From NCBI GenBank assembly GCA_965216875.1, contig OZ244207.1, positions 6,240,001-6,304,000 of the forward strand: DNA of 64,000 bases. The letters run 5' to 3'. The position numbers and the translations under genes were made by a program. Of this stretch, positions 33,203 through 43,914 are shown in pieces. Source of the DNA: Rubripirellula sp. Its GTDB lineage: Bacteria > Planctomycetota > Planctomycetia > Pirellulales > Pirellulaceae. Position 1 is the stretch's first letter, and each line of letters opens with the position of its first letter. The notes beneath the pieces are model-generated. The model saw only the letters and a program-made list of their open reading frames with translations. It had not been told where the DNA came from and made no database searches.

Positions 33203-33534
33203 CCGATCGCGCTATTTTTCGGATTTCGAAATCCGTCCGGCGGCCCAAATCGTCTTGAACCTAGTGAACCGCCTGTTTGTGGTACCGGGTTTTGGTCGGA
33301 ATCTTCCCGCAATCCGACCAAAGGCAGGCCTGCGAAGAAATCATTCGCCTTAGGCGTGATTTTTGAGCAAAAATAGCGTGTTGGCCCCGGCACACGGCAA
33401 CTTCTCCTCTGGCCAGGCTAATAAACGCGACGTTGGGTCGTTTACAGCGTACCTGACAACGAACCGGCATCCGCCGTTCAATGATTTCAAAATGATCCTC
33501 CCGTCACTGACTTTTCTGACAAGGAACGACCGTC

Positions 33535-36500
33535 ATGCTTCGCTTTCCCCGGTCGCATAAAAAACAGTCCGCCCGCAAAGGGGCCCTTCGCAATTCGGTT
33601 CGTCGCGCGTTGGTCGCCCTCACGCTTTGCATCGGAGGCGCCCAAACCATCAGTGCCGAACCAATTGGCGTGATGGAACGCTACGCTCTTGCGGCAGATC
33701 GCCAAGCAATGCTTGCCGAGTTGATTCCCGGAAGCGAGGACTTCTACTTCTATCACTGCCTGCACTACCAAACGACTGGCGAGCTGGAGCGATCCGAAGC
33801 AATCTTGCGCGATTGGTTGGCCGAACACAAAGGCCGCGAAACACCGCTGATCACTGCGATGATCGATCGGCAACGTTTGCTGACCTACAACATTTCACCC
33901 CAGCGAACGGTTGATCACTTGATTCGTCGTCTTGGCATCAAGCTAGACCATGCACCGCCAGTCACAAAGGGCGAGCGTCGCTATCCGAGTGAGTTGAACG
34001 TCGCCGCGCTCGACATCGATCGCCTTGTCAAAGATGCACTACGTCGCAACGACCCATTGAAGCCAGTTGGCATGGCTCATTTGGCCGAGTTGTATCGCAC
34101 AGGGAAAACGGCGGGAGTTTCGATCAGTCTGAAGGAGTTTTTGAAGCGGGTGAATGGACCCTACATCGCTAACCTTGATGAATTGGTCATCAAAGAACTG
34201 TCCTCGCGGCGACCGAACGAACAGAAATTTGGCGACGTTGCCGCACACAACCACCTAACGCTTGATGAGCTTCGAAGTGTCGCAAAGAGCGTCTCGGCGG
34301 TTTCAGACGACAATGGCTACGTTGCGGCAGTGCTTAGACGACTGCGTCCAGACGGTGACAGCGATCCAAGCCAACAACCTGAAGTGCAACTCGCATACTT
34401 GCAGCAGGTTGAAGACTACGTCAGCACGTTGCCGCAAAGCTACAACTCGCTGAAGGCGGCGTCGATCTATCGACTGCTTGAGGCCAACGTGACTCGAGGC
34501 AATTATGACCGCGCGCTATTCCTGCGCTATCTACAACTTCCGCGAACAAGCCCAATCGTTCCGGCAGAATGGGCGCGACGACCGAGCGTGAAAGCAAAAC
34601 TCGGTGACAATTTCATGAGCATGGCGCTGCTGCCGCCCATCGGTGACGAACAACCTCTCGTCCGCGCACACCTCGAACACTTTCTAAAAGAGGCAAAGAA
34701 CACAGACGCTTTCAGCAGCTACTTCAAGCCTGAATACCTTCGCCAAGTCTTTGCGGAAACGAAACTGCTCGAGGGGATTGGCGATGAAGAGCGCTGGTAC
34801 AAGATGCTGAGTGCTTCTCAGAGGCAGGCCTTGCGCGATTCGACTCAGCTGCGTCTATCCGTCGAGAATCCACGAACGTTTGCAGCGGACCAGCCTACGA
34901 AATTGCGAGTCGACGTCAAAAACGTTGACGAACTTGTGGTGAGGATCTACGAGATCAACACCGAGTCCTATTATCGAACTCACAGTCGTCCAATTGACAC
35001 CGATATTGATTTGGACGGACTTGTGGCCACCCACGAAAAACGTCTGCCATTCAACCATCCCGCAGTGCGTCGTCACCGCGAGGACGTTTCACTTGACGAA
35101 ATCAAAGGCCGCGGAGTCTGGATCGTTGATTTGGTCGGAAAGGGCATGCGGGCACGAGCGCTCGTGCGTCGCGGCGAAATCGATCATGTCGATTCGGTGG
35201 CTGCGGATGGGATGGTTTTCACCATTGTTGACGAAAACCGCAAGCCAATTCCCGTTGCGTCGATGTTGGTTGGTTCCCGCAAGTTTGTTGCCGACGATCA
35301 AGGACGAATCCTGTTGCCGCCCGTGGCCGAGAACGTGCAGCGGCGCGCGATGATCAGCGACGGAAAAATCTCGCGACCCATTACTTTCCGTCACCTGCGC
35401 GAATCTTATCGTTTGACCGCTGGGATGCACGTCGATCGGACGCAGTTGCAAAGCGGCGGCAATGTCGACGTCTTGATTCGACCTCGATTGGTGATGGGCA
35501 ACACTCCGATCGACCCGCAAACGTTGACTGATGTTGCGGTACGTGTCGAGGCTCGCGACCTGGACAACGTCGTGACGAACATGAACATCGGTGATGTGAA
35601 GCTGGATCAAGATGCTGAATTGGTCGTACCGATGCGCGTTCCGTCGCGATTGGCGAGTCTCAAGGTAACACTCGTTGGTGTCGTCGATGGTCTTGCTGAT
35701 GGCAAAAAACGCACGGTGGAAACGAGCCGAAGTTGGGACGTCGCCGGGATTCGACGTACCAGCCACACGCATGACGCTTTCCTGACGCGTGATGGCGACA
35801 ACTTCGTGATCGAAGTTCGTGGACGAAGTGGTGAACCGGTGGCGGATGCGACGGTGAACGTCTCGCTGACAACCAACTCAAGGCGCGCCACCGTCGATCA
35901 AACACTTCAAGCGGATCGCAATGGGCAAGTGAAACTGAAAGACCTGCCAGGAGTCGATCAGATTCGATTCGGAGTCACCTCGGGTCTCCAGCACGCACGC
36001 CAATTAAAACTGAATCAAGTGCGGTGGCCAAACGAGATTCATACCACCACCGAACGTGGCGTGCGCCTGCCACTGGCCGATGTGATCAAGTCAGCCGCGG
36101 AGCGTTACCGACTTGTCGAGCTGCGTGCCGGATCCAACCGCGCCGATCAATCGGATCGCCTTTCGGTCAAAGATGGCATGCTGGTGATCGGTAACCTTGC
36201 ATCAGGCGATTATCACCTGATTGATCGATTGACAGCAGCACGAACCGTGATCGCGGTCGTGGACGGACCCGAGATCGAACGCATCGCAACGGGTCGTGTT
36301 CGACATCGTTCGATGGCCATGAATGAACCCGTTTCGATCGCGTCGATTGATCGGAACAAAGAGGGTTTGAGGATTCAGCTATCGGGCGACTCCGCAGATG
36401 CTCGCGTCCACATCTATGCGTCTCGGTACATCGACTCGACGTCGCCGATGGACCAGCTCTACATCCCTGAACCGAGTCTTTATGGTCGCCGCATCACCCT

Positions 36501-39500
36501 GCCCCGCAATGGATATGTCGGTGATTTGCGACTTGGCGACGAATACCAATACGTGCTCCGTCGTCAGTACGCCACGAAGTATCCGGGCGTGATGATTCCT
36601 CGGCCAAGTTTGATTCTGAACCCCTGGGAAACCGAGGAAACGACGAATCAAAGCCAGTCGGCTGCTGCTGGCGATGTGCCGCCGCCCAGTGCGGCCGCAC
36701 CCGATTCGATGGCCGAGGCCGCGGCCAAACGCAAGAGCGAAGCTCAATCACGGATGGTGGGATCGGACTATGACTTCCTTGGTGACTCGGGTGCTGTTGC
36801 AGCCAACCTTCGCGCCGATGAAAAGGGTGTCGTGACCGTACCGGCGGATCTGATTGAATCGATGCCGGTGATTCAAATCGTCGTTAGCGACTCACTCGCT
36901 TTGTTGCAGCGAACCATCACTGCGCCGCTGGCGGATGCTGAAACCGTCGACCTGCGATTGGCAAAGGCACTTGATGCCAAAAAATCGTACTCGTTTGAGC
37001 GGGCCGTTTCGATCGTTTCCAAGGACAACCCGCTCGATTTGGAAAGCCTTGGATCGGCCCAACTGCAAGTCTATGCGTCGGTCGGAAGTTTGCTCAAGCT
37101 TTACAAGACACTTGTCGGCGACTCGCGTTTGTCCGAATTCGATGAGCTTGGCTATTGGCACAAACTCGATCGCACTCAGAAACTGGATGCGTATTCACGG
37201 CTAGCAAGTCACGAGCTGCATCTGTTCCTTTGGGCCCACGATCACGGATTCTTTGAAGACATCGTTGGTCCCTACTTGGCCAACAAAAAGGAGAAGCAAT
37301 TTGTTGATCATTGGCTCCTTGGCGATGACTTGAGCGAGTACACAACGCTGTGGCGATACAACCAATTGAACGCGGCCGAACGTGTTTTGTTGGCGATGAA
37401 AGTCAACGACGTTCGAGATTCGGTAGCCCGTGAGCTTCGTGAACACGTTGCCGAGCAAGAAGAAGACTTTGCCACTGTCCGAATGCGTATCGACAGCGCT
37501 TTAAAAGACTCGGGACTCCGCTTTGAGAGACTCGAGGCAAAGTTGGGTGCCGACGCCAGCGACATGGTTGAGGCGGAGCCGATGATGGAAATGCGAATGC
37601 AACTGTTTGGCGCGATCGCCGACAGCGATAGTCGAGGTATCGACAAATCACGCCAACTCCGCGCCAAAGAGGTCGAGCGTGAATCGGATCGTTATTACAG
37701 CAAACAATCGCGTGGTCGACGAGTGATGTCGCGCCGCGGTGGCATGTTGGGTGGCGGAGGCCGGTCGCTGGCGTTCTACCGAGAACTCGACAGCACCAAG
37801 CAGTGGGCCGAAAGCCATTGGGATCGAATCCGAACCGTCGGCGGACCTCATCCATCGAGTCTGATTTCTCGAAACGGATTTTGGGCCGATTTGGTTGCCG
37901 GCGAACCTGGCAAGATTGATGTTTCATCCAATTTGTTGAGTCCGGTCGAAAACCGACACTCGGCATTGGTCGCGCTGGCACTTTGTGGTTTGCCTTTGAC
38001 ACCGGGCGATGTTGGTTTGCCAACCGAACGCGACGAGGCGTACGCTCCCGAGCACGCGGTTGCCGTGGTGACCAAGCGGTTGAATGTTCTTGACGCAGCC
38101 GAAGGTGAATCGAGCATTTTGATCGGTCAACGGTTCGATGATTTGCACCGATCGAGCAGTCGTTCGGACGATATCTCAGAACCGAGCGAGTTTTTGACCG
38201 GTGTTGCCTACAAGGGCCAAACCGTTGTTTCCAACCCCACAGCAGCTCGCCGAACCGTGGATGTCTTTTGGCAGATTCCGGCGGGAAGTCTGCCGCTGGC
38301 AACAAGTCAAACCACGGACAGTCGCACAATGGTGCTCGAACCGTTTGCCGTTCAATCGATCGAATACCAGTTCTATTTCCCAGCCGCTGGTAGTTTCGTT
38401 CACTACCCGGCAACCGTTTCAAGCCAAGGGAAATTGATCGCTCGTGGTGGTGAAAAAGAATTCAAAGTGGTTGCACAGCCGACTGAGCACGACAACATCA
38501 CTTGGGAGAAAGTGGTTCGAAACGGGTCGGCCGACGATATTCGCGATTTCCTGGTCGACGCTAACCTGCGTAAGCTCAACTGGATGCTGGTCGCGCACCG
38601 CATGCAGGACCAAGAGGTGTATCGCGTCGTGATCGACTCGCTGCGCGACGCCAACATGCCAGTTGCGGAACTGTGGGCATATTCGCTCAAACATCGTGAT
38701 GACGATGCAATGAGCGACTACCTGTCGATCCGCGAAGACTTGGTTGGACGCGTTGGCCCTTCGATCGACAGCCCGCTGCTTTCGGTTGATGCAATCGAGC
38801 GTCGAACCCATGAATTGCTCGAGTATGCCCCACTGGTGCGAGCACGCATCCATCCTCTACGTGGCGAAAATGAAATTCTGAATCCAACCTTCTTGGGTCA
38901 GTACCGGAGTTTCGTACGCATGCTCGGGTTCGACAACGAAATTCCCGACAGCGAACGACTCGTGCTTGCCTATTACCTGTTGCTGCAAAACCGAATTGAG
39001 GAAGCGATCGATCATTTTGGTAAGGTCGATCGCGAGAAGATCGCAACCAAATTGCAGTACGACTATGTGGATGCCTATTTGGCGTTGCATCAAGAACACT
39101 ACAAACGGGCGGAGAAGATCGCGCGTCAACATGCTGGTCATGCGGTTCCACGTTGGGCTCATCGGTTCGGTGAGTTGTCACGGCAACTCAATCAACGACT
39201 CGATCTCAATCGCACTGAAAAGCTAGTCTCCGTTGATAAAAAGGATGCGGGCGACAAGCCGGTTGATGTCGCATCAGGCGATCTTTCCGTGATTGACCGC
39301 GAGCGCAAACAACAGGCCGCCTCGCAGGCACAGCCCGAAGTGATCGTTCGCATTGAAGGCGACTCGCTAAGGATCGATCATCGCAAAGCCAAAGAGGTGA
39401 CCGTCAACCTTTATGGTGTGGACCTTGAGTTGTTGTTCAGTAAAGCGCCGTTTGTTCGTGAAGACTTGCAGCGTATGGCCATGGTTCGACCGGCTCAAAG

Positions 39501-39906
39501 CGAACAGGTCGAGTTCGAATCGGCAACCGGAGTGGGCAGGTACGAGTTGAACGAGAACCTGAGCCGTCAAACGCTGCTTGTTGAAGTGGTTGCTGGCGCA
39601 TCACGTTCAACCGCGTTGTACTACGGTGGCGAAATCACGACGTACGTGTCCGAGAGCTACGGCCAGTTGCAGACGACCGATGCGCAATCGCATCAACCGA
39701 TTCCTGGTGCCTACGTGAAGGTCTACGCAAAGTATCCCAACGGAAACGTCCGATTCTTCAAAGATGGCTACACCGATGCTCGTGGTCGGTTTGACTATGC
39801 AAGTATCAGTGCAAACGATGCCAAGGGAGCCGAGCGTTTCGCGATTCTCGTGATGAGCAGCGAACAAGGGGCGACCCTTCACGATGTTCGCTCACCCAAT
39901 CAGTGA
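33535..39906 (+). CDS. Very large (2123 aa) secreted hypothetical protein
   Basis: Uninterrupted ORF with genome-typical codons; signal-peptide-like RRALVALTLCIGGAQTISA; no family motif recognised with certainty. Confidence 0.85.
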   Translation: MLRFPRSHKKQSARKGALRNSVRRALVALTLCIGGAQTISAEPIGVMERYALAADRQAMLAELIPGSEDFYFYHCLHYQTTGELERSEAILRDWLAEHKGRETPLITAMIDRQRLLTYNISPQRTVDHLIRRLGIKLDHAPPVTKGERRYPSELNVAALDIDRLVKDALRRNDPLKPVGMAHLAELYRTGKTAGVSISLKEFLKRVNGPYIANLDELVIKELSSRRPNEQKFGDVAAHNHLTLDELRSVAKSVSAVSDDNGYVAAVLRRLRPDGDSDPSQQPEVQLAYLQQVEDYVSTLPQSYNSLKAASIYRLLEANVTRGNYDRALFLRYLQLPRTSPIVPAEWARRPSVKAKLGDNFMSMALLPPIGDEQPLVRAHLEHFLKEAKNTDAFSSYFKPEYLRQVFAETKLLEGIGDEERWYKMLSASQRQALRDSTQLRLSVENPRTFAADQPTKLRVDVKNVDELVVRIYEINTESYYRTHSRPIDTDIDLDGLVATHEKRLPFNHPAVRRHREDVSLDEIKGRGVWIVDLVGKGMRARALVRRGEIDHVDSVAADGMVFTIVDENRKPIPVASMLVGSRKFVADDQGRILLPPVAENVQRRAMISDGKISRPITFRHLRESYRLTAGMHVDRTQLQSGGNVDVLIRPRLVMGNTPIDPQTLTDVAVRVEARDLDNVVTNMNIGDVKLDQDAELVVPMRVPSRLASLKVTLVGVVDGLADGKKRTVETSRSWDVAGIRRTSHTHDAFLTRDGDNFVIEVRGRSGEPVADATVNVSLTTNSRRATVDQTLQADRNGQVKLKDLPGVDQIRFGVTSGLQHARQLKLNQVRWPNEIHTTTERGVRLPLADVIKSAAERYRLVELRAGSNRADQSDRLSVKDGMLVIGNLASGDYHLIDRLTAARTVIAVVDGPEIERIATGRVRHRSMAMNEPVSIASIDRNKEGLRIQLSGDSADARVHIYASRYIDSTSPMDQLYIPEPSLYGRRITLPRNGYVGDLRLGDEYQYVLRRQYATKYPGVMIPRPSLILNPWETEETTNQSQSAAAGDVPPPSAAAPDSMAEAAAKRKSEAQSRMVGSDYDFLGDSGAVAANLRADEKGVVTVPADLIESMPVIQIVVSDSLALLQRTITAPLADAETVDLRLAKALDAKKSYSFERAVSIVSKDNPLDLESLGSAQLQVYASVGSLLKLYKTLVGDSRLSEFDELGYWHKLDRTQKLDAYSRLASHELHLFLWAHDHGFFEDIVGPYLANKKEKQFVDHWLLGDDLSEYTTLWRYNQLNAAERVLLAMKVNDVRDSVARELREHVAEQEEDFATVRMRIDSALKDSGLRFERLEAKLGADASDMVEAEPMMEMRMQLFGAIADSDSRGIDKSRQLRAKEVERESDRYYSKQSRGRRVMSRRGGMLGGGGRSLAFYRELDSTKQWAESHWDRIRTVGGPHPSSLISRNGFWADLVAGEPGKIDVSSNLLSPVENRHSALVALALCGLPLTPGDVGLPTERDEAYAPEHAVAVVTKRLNVLDAAEGESSILIGQRFDDLHRSSSRSDDISEPSEFLTGVAYKGQTVVSNPTAARRTVDVFWQIPAGSLPLATSQTTDSRTMVLEPFAVQSIEYQFYFPAAGSFVHYPATVSSQGKLIARGGEKEFKVVAQPTEHDNITWEKVVRNGSADDIRDFLVDANLRKLNWMLVAHRMQDQEVYRVVIDSLRDANMPVAELWAYSLKHRDDDAMSDYLSIREDLVGRVGPSIDSPLLSVDAIERRTHELLEYAPLVRARIHPLRGENEILNPTFLGQYRSFVRMLGFDNEIPDSERLVLAYYLLLQNRIEEAIDHFGKVDREKIATKLQYDYVDAYLALHQEHYKRAEKIARQHAGHAVPRWAHRFGELSRQLNQRLDLNRTEKLVSVDKKDAGDKPVDVASGDLSVIDRERKQQAASQAQPEVIVRIEGDSLRIDHRKAKEVTVNLYGVDLELLFSKAPFVREDLQRMAMVRPAQSEQVEFESATGVGRYELNENLSRQTLLVEVVAGASRSTALYYGGEITTYVSESYGQLQTTDAQSHQPIPGAYVKVYAKYPNGNVRFFKDGYTDARGRFDYASISANDAKGAERFAILVMSSEQGATLHDVRSPNQ

Positions 39907-39910
39907 GACG

Positions 39911-40202
39911 AGTAGGCCGGATCAAGGAGCGACAGCGACGCAGATCCGGCATGATTGTCGCCTTTCGCTCCGCGAAAGTAGCGTCCGCAAACGCAGTTCT
40001 TGTGGAGCAGAAGGCGACTATGTTGAAGCTCGGCTAAAAAAATCACAGCCTTTCTACGTGGCAACGCACTCCACGCTCTGGCGAGCGTAGCTACAGACAC
40101 ATAGTAAAGCCCGGCCGCTTACGCGATCGCGGCTCAGCGTTTGTCGTCCCGCCTTTAGGCGGAAGAGCCTGAAGATTCCGTTTAGAGCTCGGTACGACAA
40201 AC
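39911..40202. repeat. Mosaic REP cluster: family F (39911-39951), G (39956-40020), A half copy (40071-40094), E (40139-40202)
   Basis: Each unit matches copies elsewhere in the window; the cluster lies between convergent stop codons. Confidence 0.9.
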
Positions 40203-40217
40203 GCCCTGCTCGCAGCC

Positions 40218-42125
40218 TTACGCCCAATGACGCAACCATTTTTCAAGAATCAAAAGGTTCCACAGTCGGTAACCATGATTGTGTTTGCTCTCTTCGTGAG
40301 AACGCACGAGCGATTCGACTTCTTCGCGTCGGAAGTAGGTACTGATTCTCGAGTCGTCGGCCAGAATCGTGTCATGCACCATCGGTTTGAGTTCGTTTCG
40401 GAACCATCCACCGATCGGAATTCCAAAGCCCATTTTCTTGCGATGGAAAATCGAGCGGGGAATCATCGAACCGAACGTGTCTTCGAGAATCAGCTTGCCG
40501 CGTTTTCCGCGGAACTTATGTTCGACCTCCATCGATGCGGCCAGTTCGACAATGCGATGATCCAGCAGCGGTTGACGAACCTCTAAGCCGTGAGCCATCG
40601 AGGCAATATCGACTTTGGTCATCAGGTCGCAACAAAGGTAGGTGAAGACGTCGGCCATTGACGCGCGTGTGACGACATCGCGACCTTCGGATTGATCCCA
40701 CGCTGCGGCAAGGAAATCGAACGGATCATCACCAGGCAACGTTTCGACGAAATCGTCGGTGTAGAGCGATGCCCGCATGGATTCGGGAAAGATCTGCAAC
40801 CAATTCAAGTATCGTCGTGCGGCCGGTTGATTGAGCGCTTCCAAGAATCGTTTCGCTCGCCGCGGCAGTGAACGCTGACGATTGGAATCAGGCAGTTTCT
40901 GAACCAGCGAGATGCCAGGGAATTTGTGGATGGGAAATAGCCTGAGCATTTTGTTGCTCAGCCAAAGTGCACGGTAACGTTCGTAGCCGGCGAACAATTC
41001 GTCACCGCCGTCACCCGAGAGTGCAACGGTGACTTCCTTGCGGGTCAGTTCCGACAAATACCACGTCGGGACTGCCGATGAATCACCAAACGGTTCGTCG
41101 TAGTGCCAAACCAGTTTGTCGATCACATCGACACCACTTGGCATCACTTCGAATCGCTGATGCTGCGTCCCCAAATGTTCGGCGACGGCCGCTGCGTGCA
41201 CCGTTTCATCAAAATCCGCAACGGGAAAACCGATACTGAACGTTCGGACTTGATGGTCCGATTGGCTTTGAGCGATCGCGGTGATCAGCGACGAATCGAT
41301 TCCGCCCGAAAGAAAGGTACCTAGCGGAACGTCGCTTTGCATACGAAGACGCACCGAATCGGTCAGCAATTCGCGTAGACGCTCGCGTGCCTCGCCGGGA
41401 CGCATGGGTCGTTCGATGCTTGGATCAATATCCCAATAACGCTTGACCGAGAGTTGGCCATTTTCAAAGACGGCGTAATGCCCCGGCGGCAGTTTACGCA
41501 CGCCCTTCCAGATGGTTCCGGGATAGGGGACGTATTGGTAAGTCAGGAACTCGTCGATGGCGCCGGGATCAATTTCCGAACAAACACCTTCGACTTCGGC
41601 CAAGCACTTCATCTCGCTGCCGAAAACCAGCCGATCATTCTTGACGGCGTAATAAAGCGGCTTCTGTCCGATACGGTCGCGAGCGAGGACAAGCCGGTTA
41701 TGGTGCGGATCCCAGATCGCGATCGCGAACATTCCATTGAGCTGGGAAAAACACTCGACACCAAGGTCTTCGTAGAGGTGAAGAATCGATTCACCATCAC
41801 CGTCGGTCGAAAAGGTGTGGCCTGTTCCTTCGAGCCGGTTTCGCAGTGTTTTGTAGTTGTAGATTTCGCCGTTGAAGACCATGCGAAGCGTGCCATCTTC
41901 GTTGGCCATCGGTTGGCGGGCGCCTTCGAGGTCAATGATGCTGAGGCGGCGAAACCCAAGTGCGACTCCGACCGTCTTTCCGTAGGCATCGCGGTGGTCG
42001 GTGTTGTACCAAGTCTGTGAATCATCGGGTCCACGATGTGCGATCGATGCGGTCATTTTGGCGAGTGTGTCTGGGCTAATCGCCGAGGACACCTCTCGCC
42101 AAATTGCTCCCGTAATGCCGCACAT
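40218..42125 (-). CDS. asnB: Asparagine synthase (glutamine-hydrolysing) family amidotransferase
   Basis: MCGI, HRGPD, RRLSIID, FNGEIYN, LSGGIDSS, SGDGGDELFAGY, KMGF. Confidence 0.95.
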   Translation of the reverse strand: MCGITGAIWREVSSAISPDTLAKMTASIAHRGPDDSQTWYNTDHRDAYGKTVGVALGFRRLSIIDLEGARQPMANEDGTLRMVFNGEIYNYKTLRNRLEGTGHTFSTDGDGESILHLYEDLGVECFSQLNGMFAIAIWDPHHNRLVLARDRIGQKPLYYAVKNDRLVFGSEMKCLAEVEGVCSEIDPGAIDEFLTYQYVPYPGTIWKGVRKLPPGHYAVFENGQLSVKRYWDIDPSIERPMRPGEARERLRELLTDSVRLRMQSDVPLGTFLSGGIDSSLITAIAQSQSDHQVRTFSIGFPVADFDETVHAAAVAEHLGTQHQRFEVMPSGVDVIDKLVWHYDEPFGDSSAVPTWYLSELTRKEVTVALSGDGGDELFAGYERYRALWLSNKMLRLFPIHKFPGISLVQKLPDSNRQRSLPRRAKRFLEALNQPAARRYLNWLQIFPESMRASLYTDDFVETLPGDDPFDFLAAAWDQSEGRDVVTRASMADVFTYLCCDLMTKVDIASMAHGLEVRQPLLDHRIVELAASMEVEHKFRGKRGKLILEDTFGSMIPRSIFHRKKMGFGIPIGGWFRNELKPMVHDTILADDSRISTYFRREEVESLVRSHEESKHNHGYRLWNLLILEKWLRHWA

Positions 42126-42374
42126 AGATGTTGGTCTCCGCCAGTCTGCCGTTTCTTGGCGACAGCATGTTGATGATCGCGATGGTGTTTTTAACGTGCA
42201 CTACGATAGTCGCCGTCGAACACCATTATTGCGACTTTGCCCACCGAGCGTGATGCGGGGCGCTGAAATCGAGGAGTTATTGATACGATCGTCTCAGTCC
42301 TACACGCCAACGCGTCCGTTTCTTGGTTCGGTTGGTACGATGGTGGATCTTCAGCGTCACCCGAAAGTCAAAAA

Positions 42375-43787
42375 ATGAACGAATCGCGACCCTACCAAAG
42401 ATCTCCTTTTTGGGCCCTGGCCATTGTTTTGGGTTTGATCGTTGTTGTGCCGCTTCTGCTTTGCGGAGGCGTCCTGACTTGGTTCTTTGGTCGCTATTCA
42501 GCCGCTTCGAAGGAGTTGACCGTTCGGACGGAGTCGCTTCGGGCCGAGGACGTGCCGGTTGATTACGATTCGGTCGCCGATTTGCATCGCCGATTGACCT
42601 CGGACGAGCGAACCGATCGATGGGTCGAGCTGACGGCTGTCGTTGAAGGAAGAGACTTTGATGTAGCAAGTGTTGGTCTGCCTCACTTGGGTGCCGGCCC
42701 GGAGATCCCACCGCCAGATCAACCGTGGACTGACGAGCAAACGGTGAAGGATTTCTTGGCCACTCACGATGAGTTGTTGAAGTCGATCCATGAGCTGGCC
42801 GAAGCCGAGCTTGCCGATGGGGCCAAACCCATTTTTCGACCGATCGAAATGGAGGGCCTGGGAACGCTCCTGCCCGACACCCAAGCGACGCGAGCACTTT
42901 CAAGATTGATGATGCTTGAATGGGAAGTTGCGCTGCGCGACAACGATTCCAAACGGGCCCTTGAGTGCATCCGTGCGTGCCAAGGTTTAGAAGCATCTCT
43001 GTTGGGTGAACCGATGGTGGTGTCACAGCTCGTTCGGTTCAATGTTGCCAACCGGCGCAACGAAATGCTTCGACGTTCGATCGAGCATGACCTGCTTCAG
43101 CCGCAACAGCTGCGAGCAATTCGACGCGACATTCCAAGCATTGATGATGAGCTGGCAAGCTTTTCTTTGGCGGTTCAGGGTGAACGCGGATTGTCGTTGC
43201 CGGTCTTTTCCGATCCTGCTGAGGCAGCCGCTTTGCTCGAAATCGAAGAAGCAGAAAACTCGCCGCTGCTCGGCAAACTGAGATCTCGCGACGCGATCTT
43301 TTACCTTGATCAAATCGGAGCCTTCGAAGATGCGCCGACGGAGCTCGCCGAATTTCGCGAGCACGGACAAAAGTGGGGCGAGAACTTGTCTGCAAAAGTC
43401 GATTCGTCATCCGCTGCAGAAAAGACCGACTACATCGTTTCTTACCTGCTTCTGCCGGCGCTCCAAACCGTGTCGGCCGCTTATTCAAACGCGATCGAAA
43501 TCGACAACCTTGCGAGATTGGCAATTGATGTCAGGCTCTATCGCGTGGCCGATGGCTCACTTCCGCAGACGATGGATGAGTTGATCAAGAAAGGTGACGG
43601 CACAGCGGCTTATGAAACCGCTGGCGATGAACCGTTCGGTTATTTGAAAGAAGATTCGGGCGTCACGGTGTGGGGAATTGAACGTCTCAACAGTGATGTG
43701 ATTCCCGAGACGCCACCAAACGTTCAAGGCGACGAAGAAGCGAATCGGCGCTGGGTGTGGCGGGTGCCGAAACTGGCGAGTCCGTAA
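42375..43787 (+). CDS. Hypothetical membrane-anchored helical protein
   Basis: N-terminal TM helix; 470-aa ORF; C-terminal LAIDVRLYRVADGSLPQTMDELI...PFGY segment. Confidence 0.8.
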   Translation: MNESRPYQRSPFWALAIVLGLIVVVPLLLCGGVLTWFFGRYSAASKELTVRTESLRAEDVPVDYDSVADLHRRLTSDERTDRWVELTAVVEGRDFDVASVGLPHLGAGPEIPPPDQPWTDEQTVKDFLATHDELLKSIHELAEAELADGAKPIFRPIEMEGLGTLLPDTQATRALSRLMMLEWEVALRDNDSKRALECIRACQGLEASLLGEPMVVSQLVRFNVANRRNEMLRRSIEHDLLQPQQLRAIRRDIPSIDDELASFSLAVQGERGLSLPVFSDPAEAAALLEIEEAENSPLLGKLRSRDAIFYLDQIGAFEDAPTELAEFREHGQKWGENLSAKVDSSSAAEKTDYIVSYLLLPALQTVSAAYSNAIEIDNLARLAIDVRLYRVADGSLPQTMDELIKKGDGTAAYETAGDEPFGYLKEDSGVTVWGIERLNSDVIPETPPNVQGDEEANRRWVWRVPKLASP

Positions 43788-43800
43788 CCTGCTACCAAGT

Positions 43801-43909
43801 GTAGGCCGGATCAAGGAGCCACAGCGACGCAGATCCGGCACGACAAACGGTTCGTAGTCCCGTCTTTGGGCGGCCGGCCAGAAGATTCCGGCTAAAGCTC
43901 GGCTACGAA
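43801..43909. repeat. REP cluster: family F (43801-43840) plus family E (43850-43909)
   Basis: gtaggccggatcaaggagccacagcgacgcagatccggca differs by one base from 39912-39951. Confidence 0.9.
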
Positions 43910-43914
43910 AAAAC

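Noticed and set aside
37403..38422. 339-aa minus-strand ORF inside the giant gene
   Set aside because: Arg/Pro-rich antisense frame with no RBS or motif.
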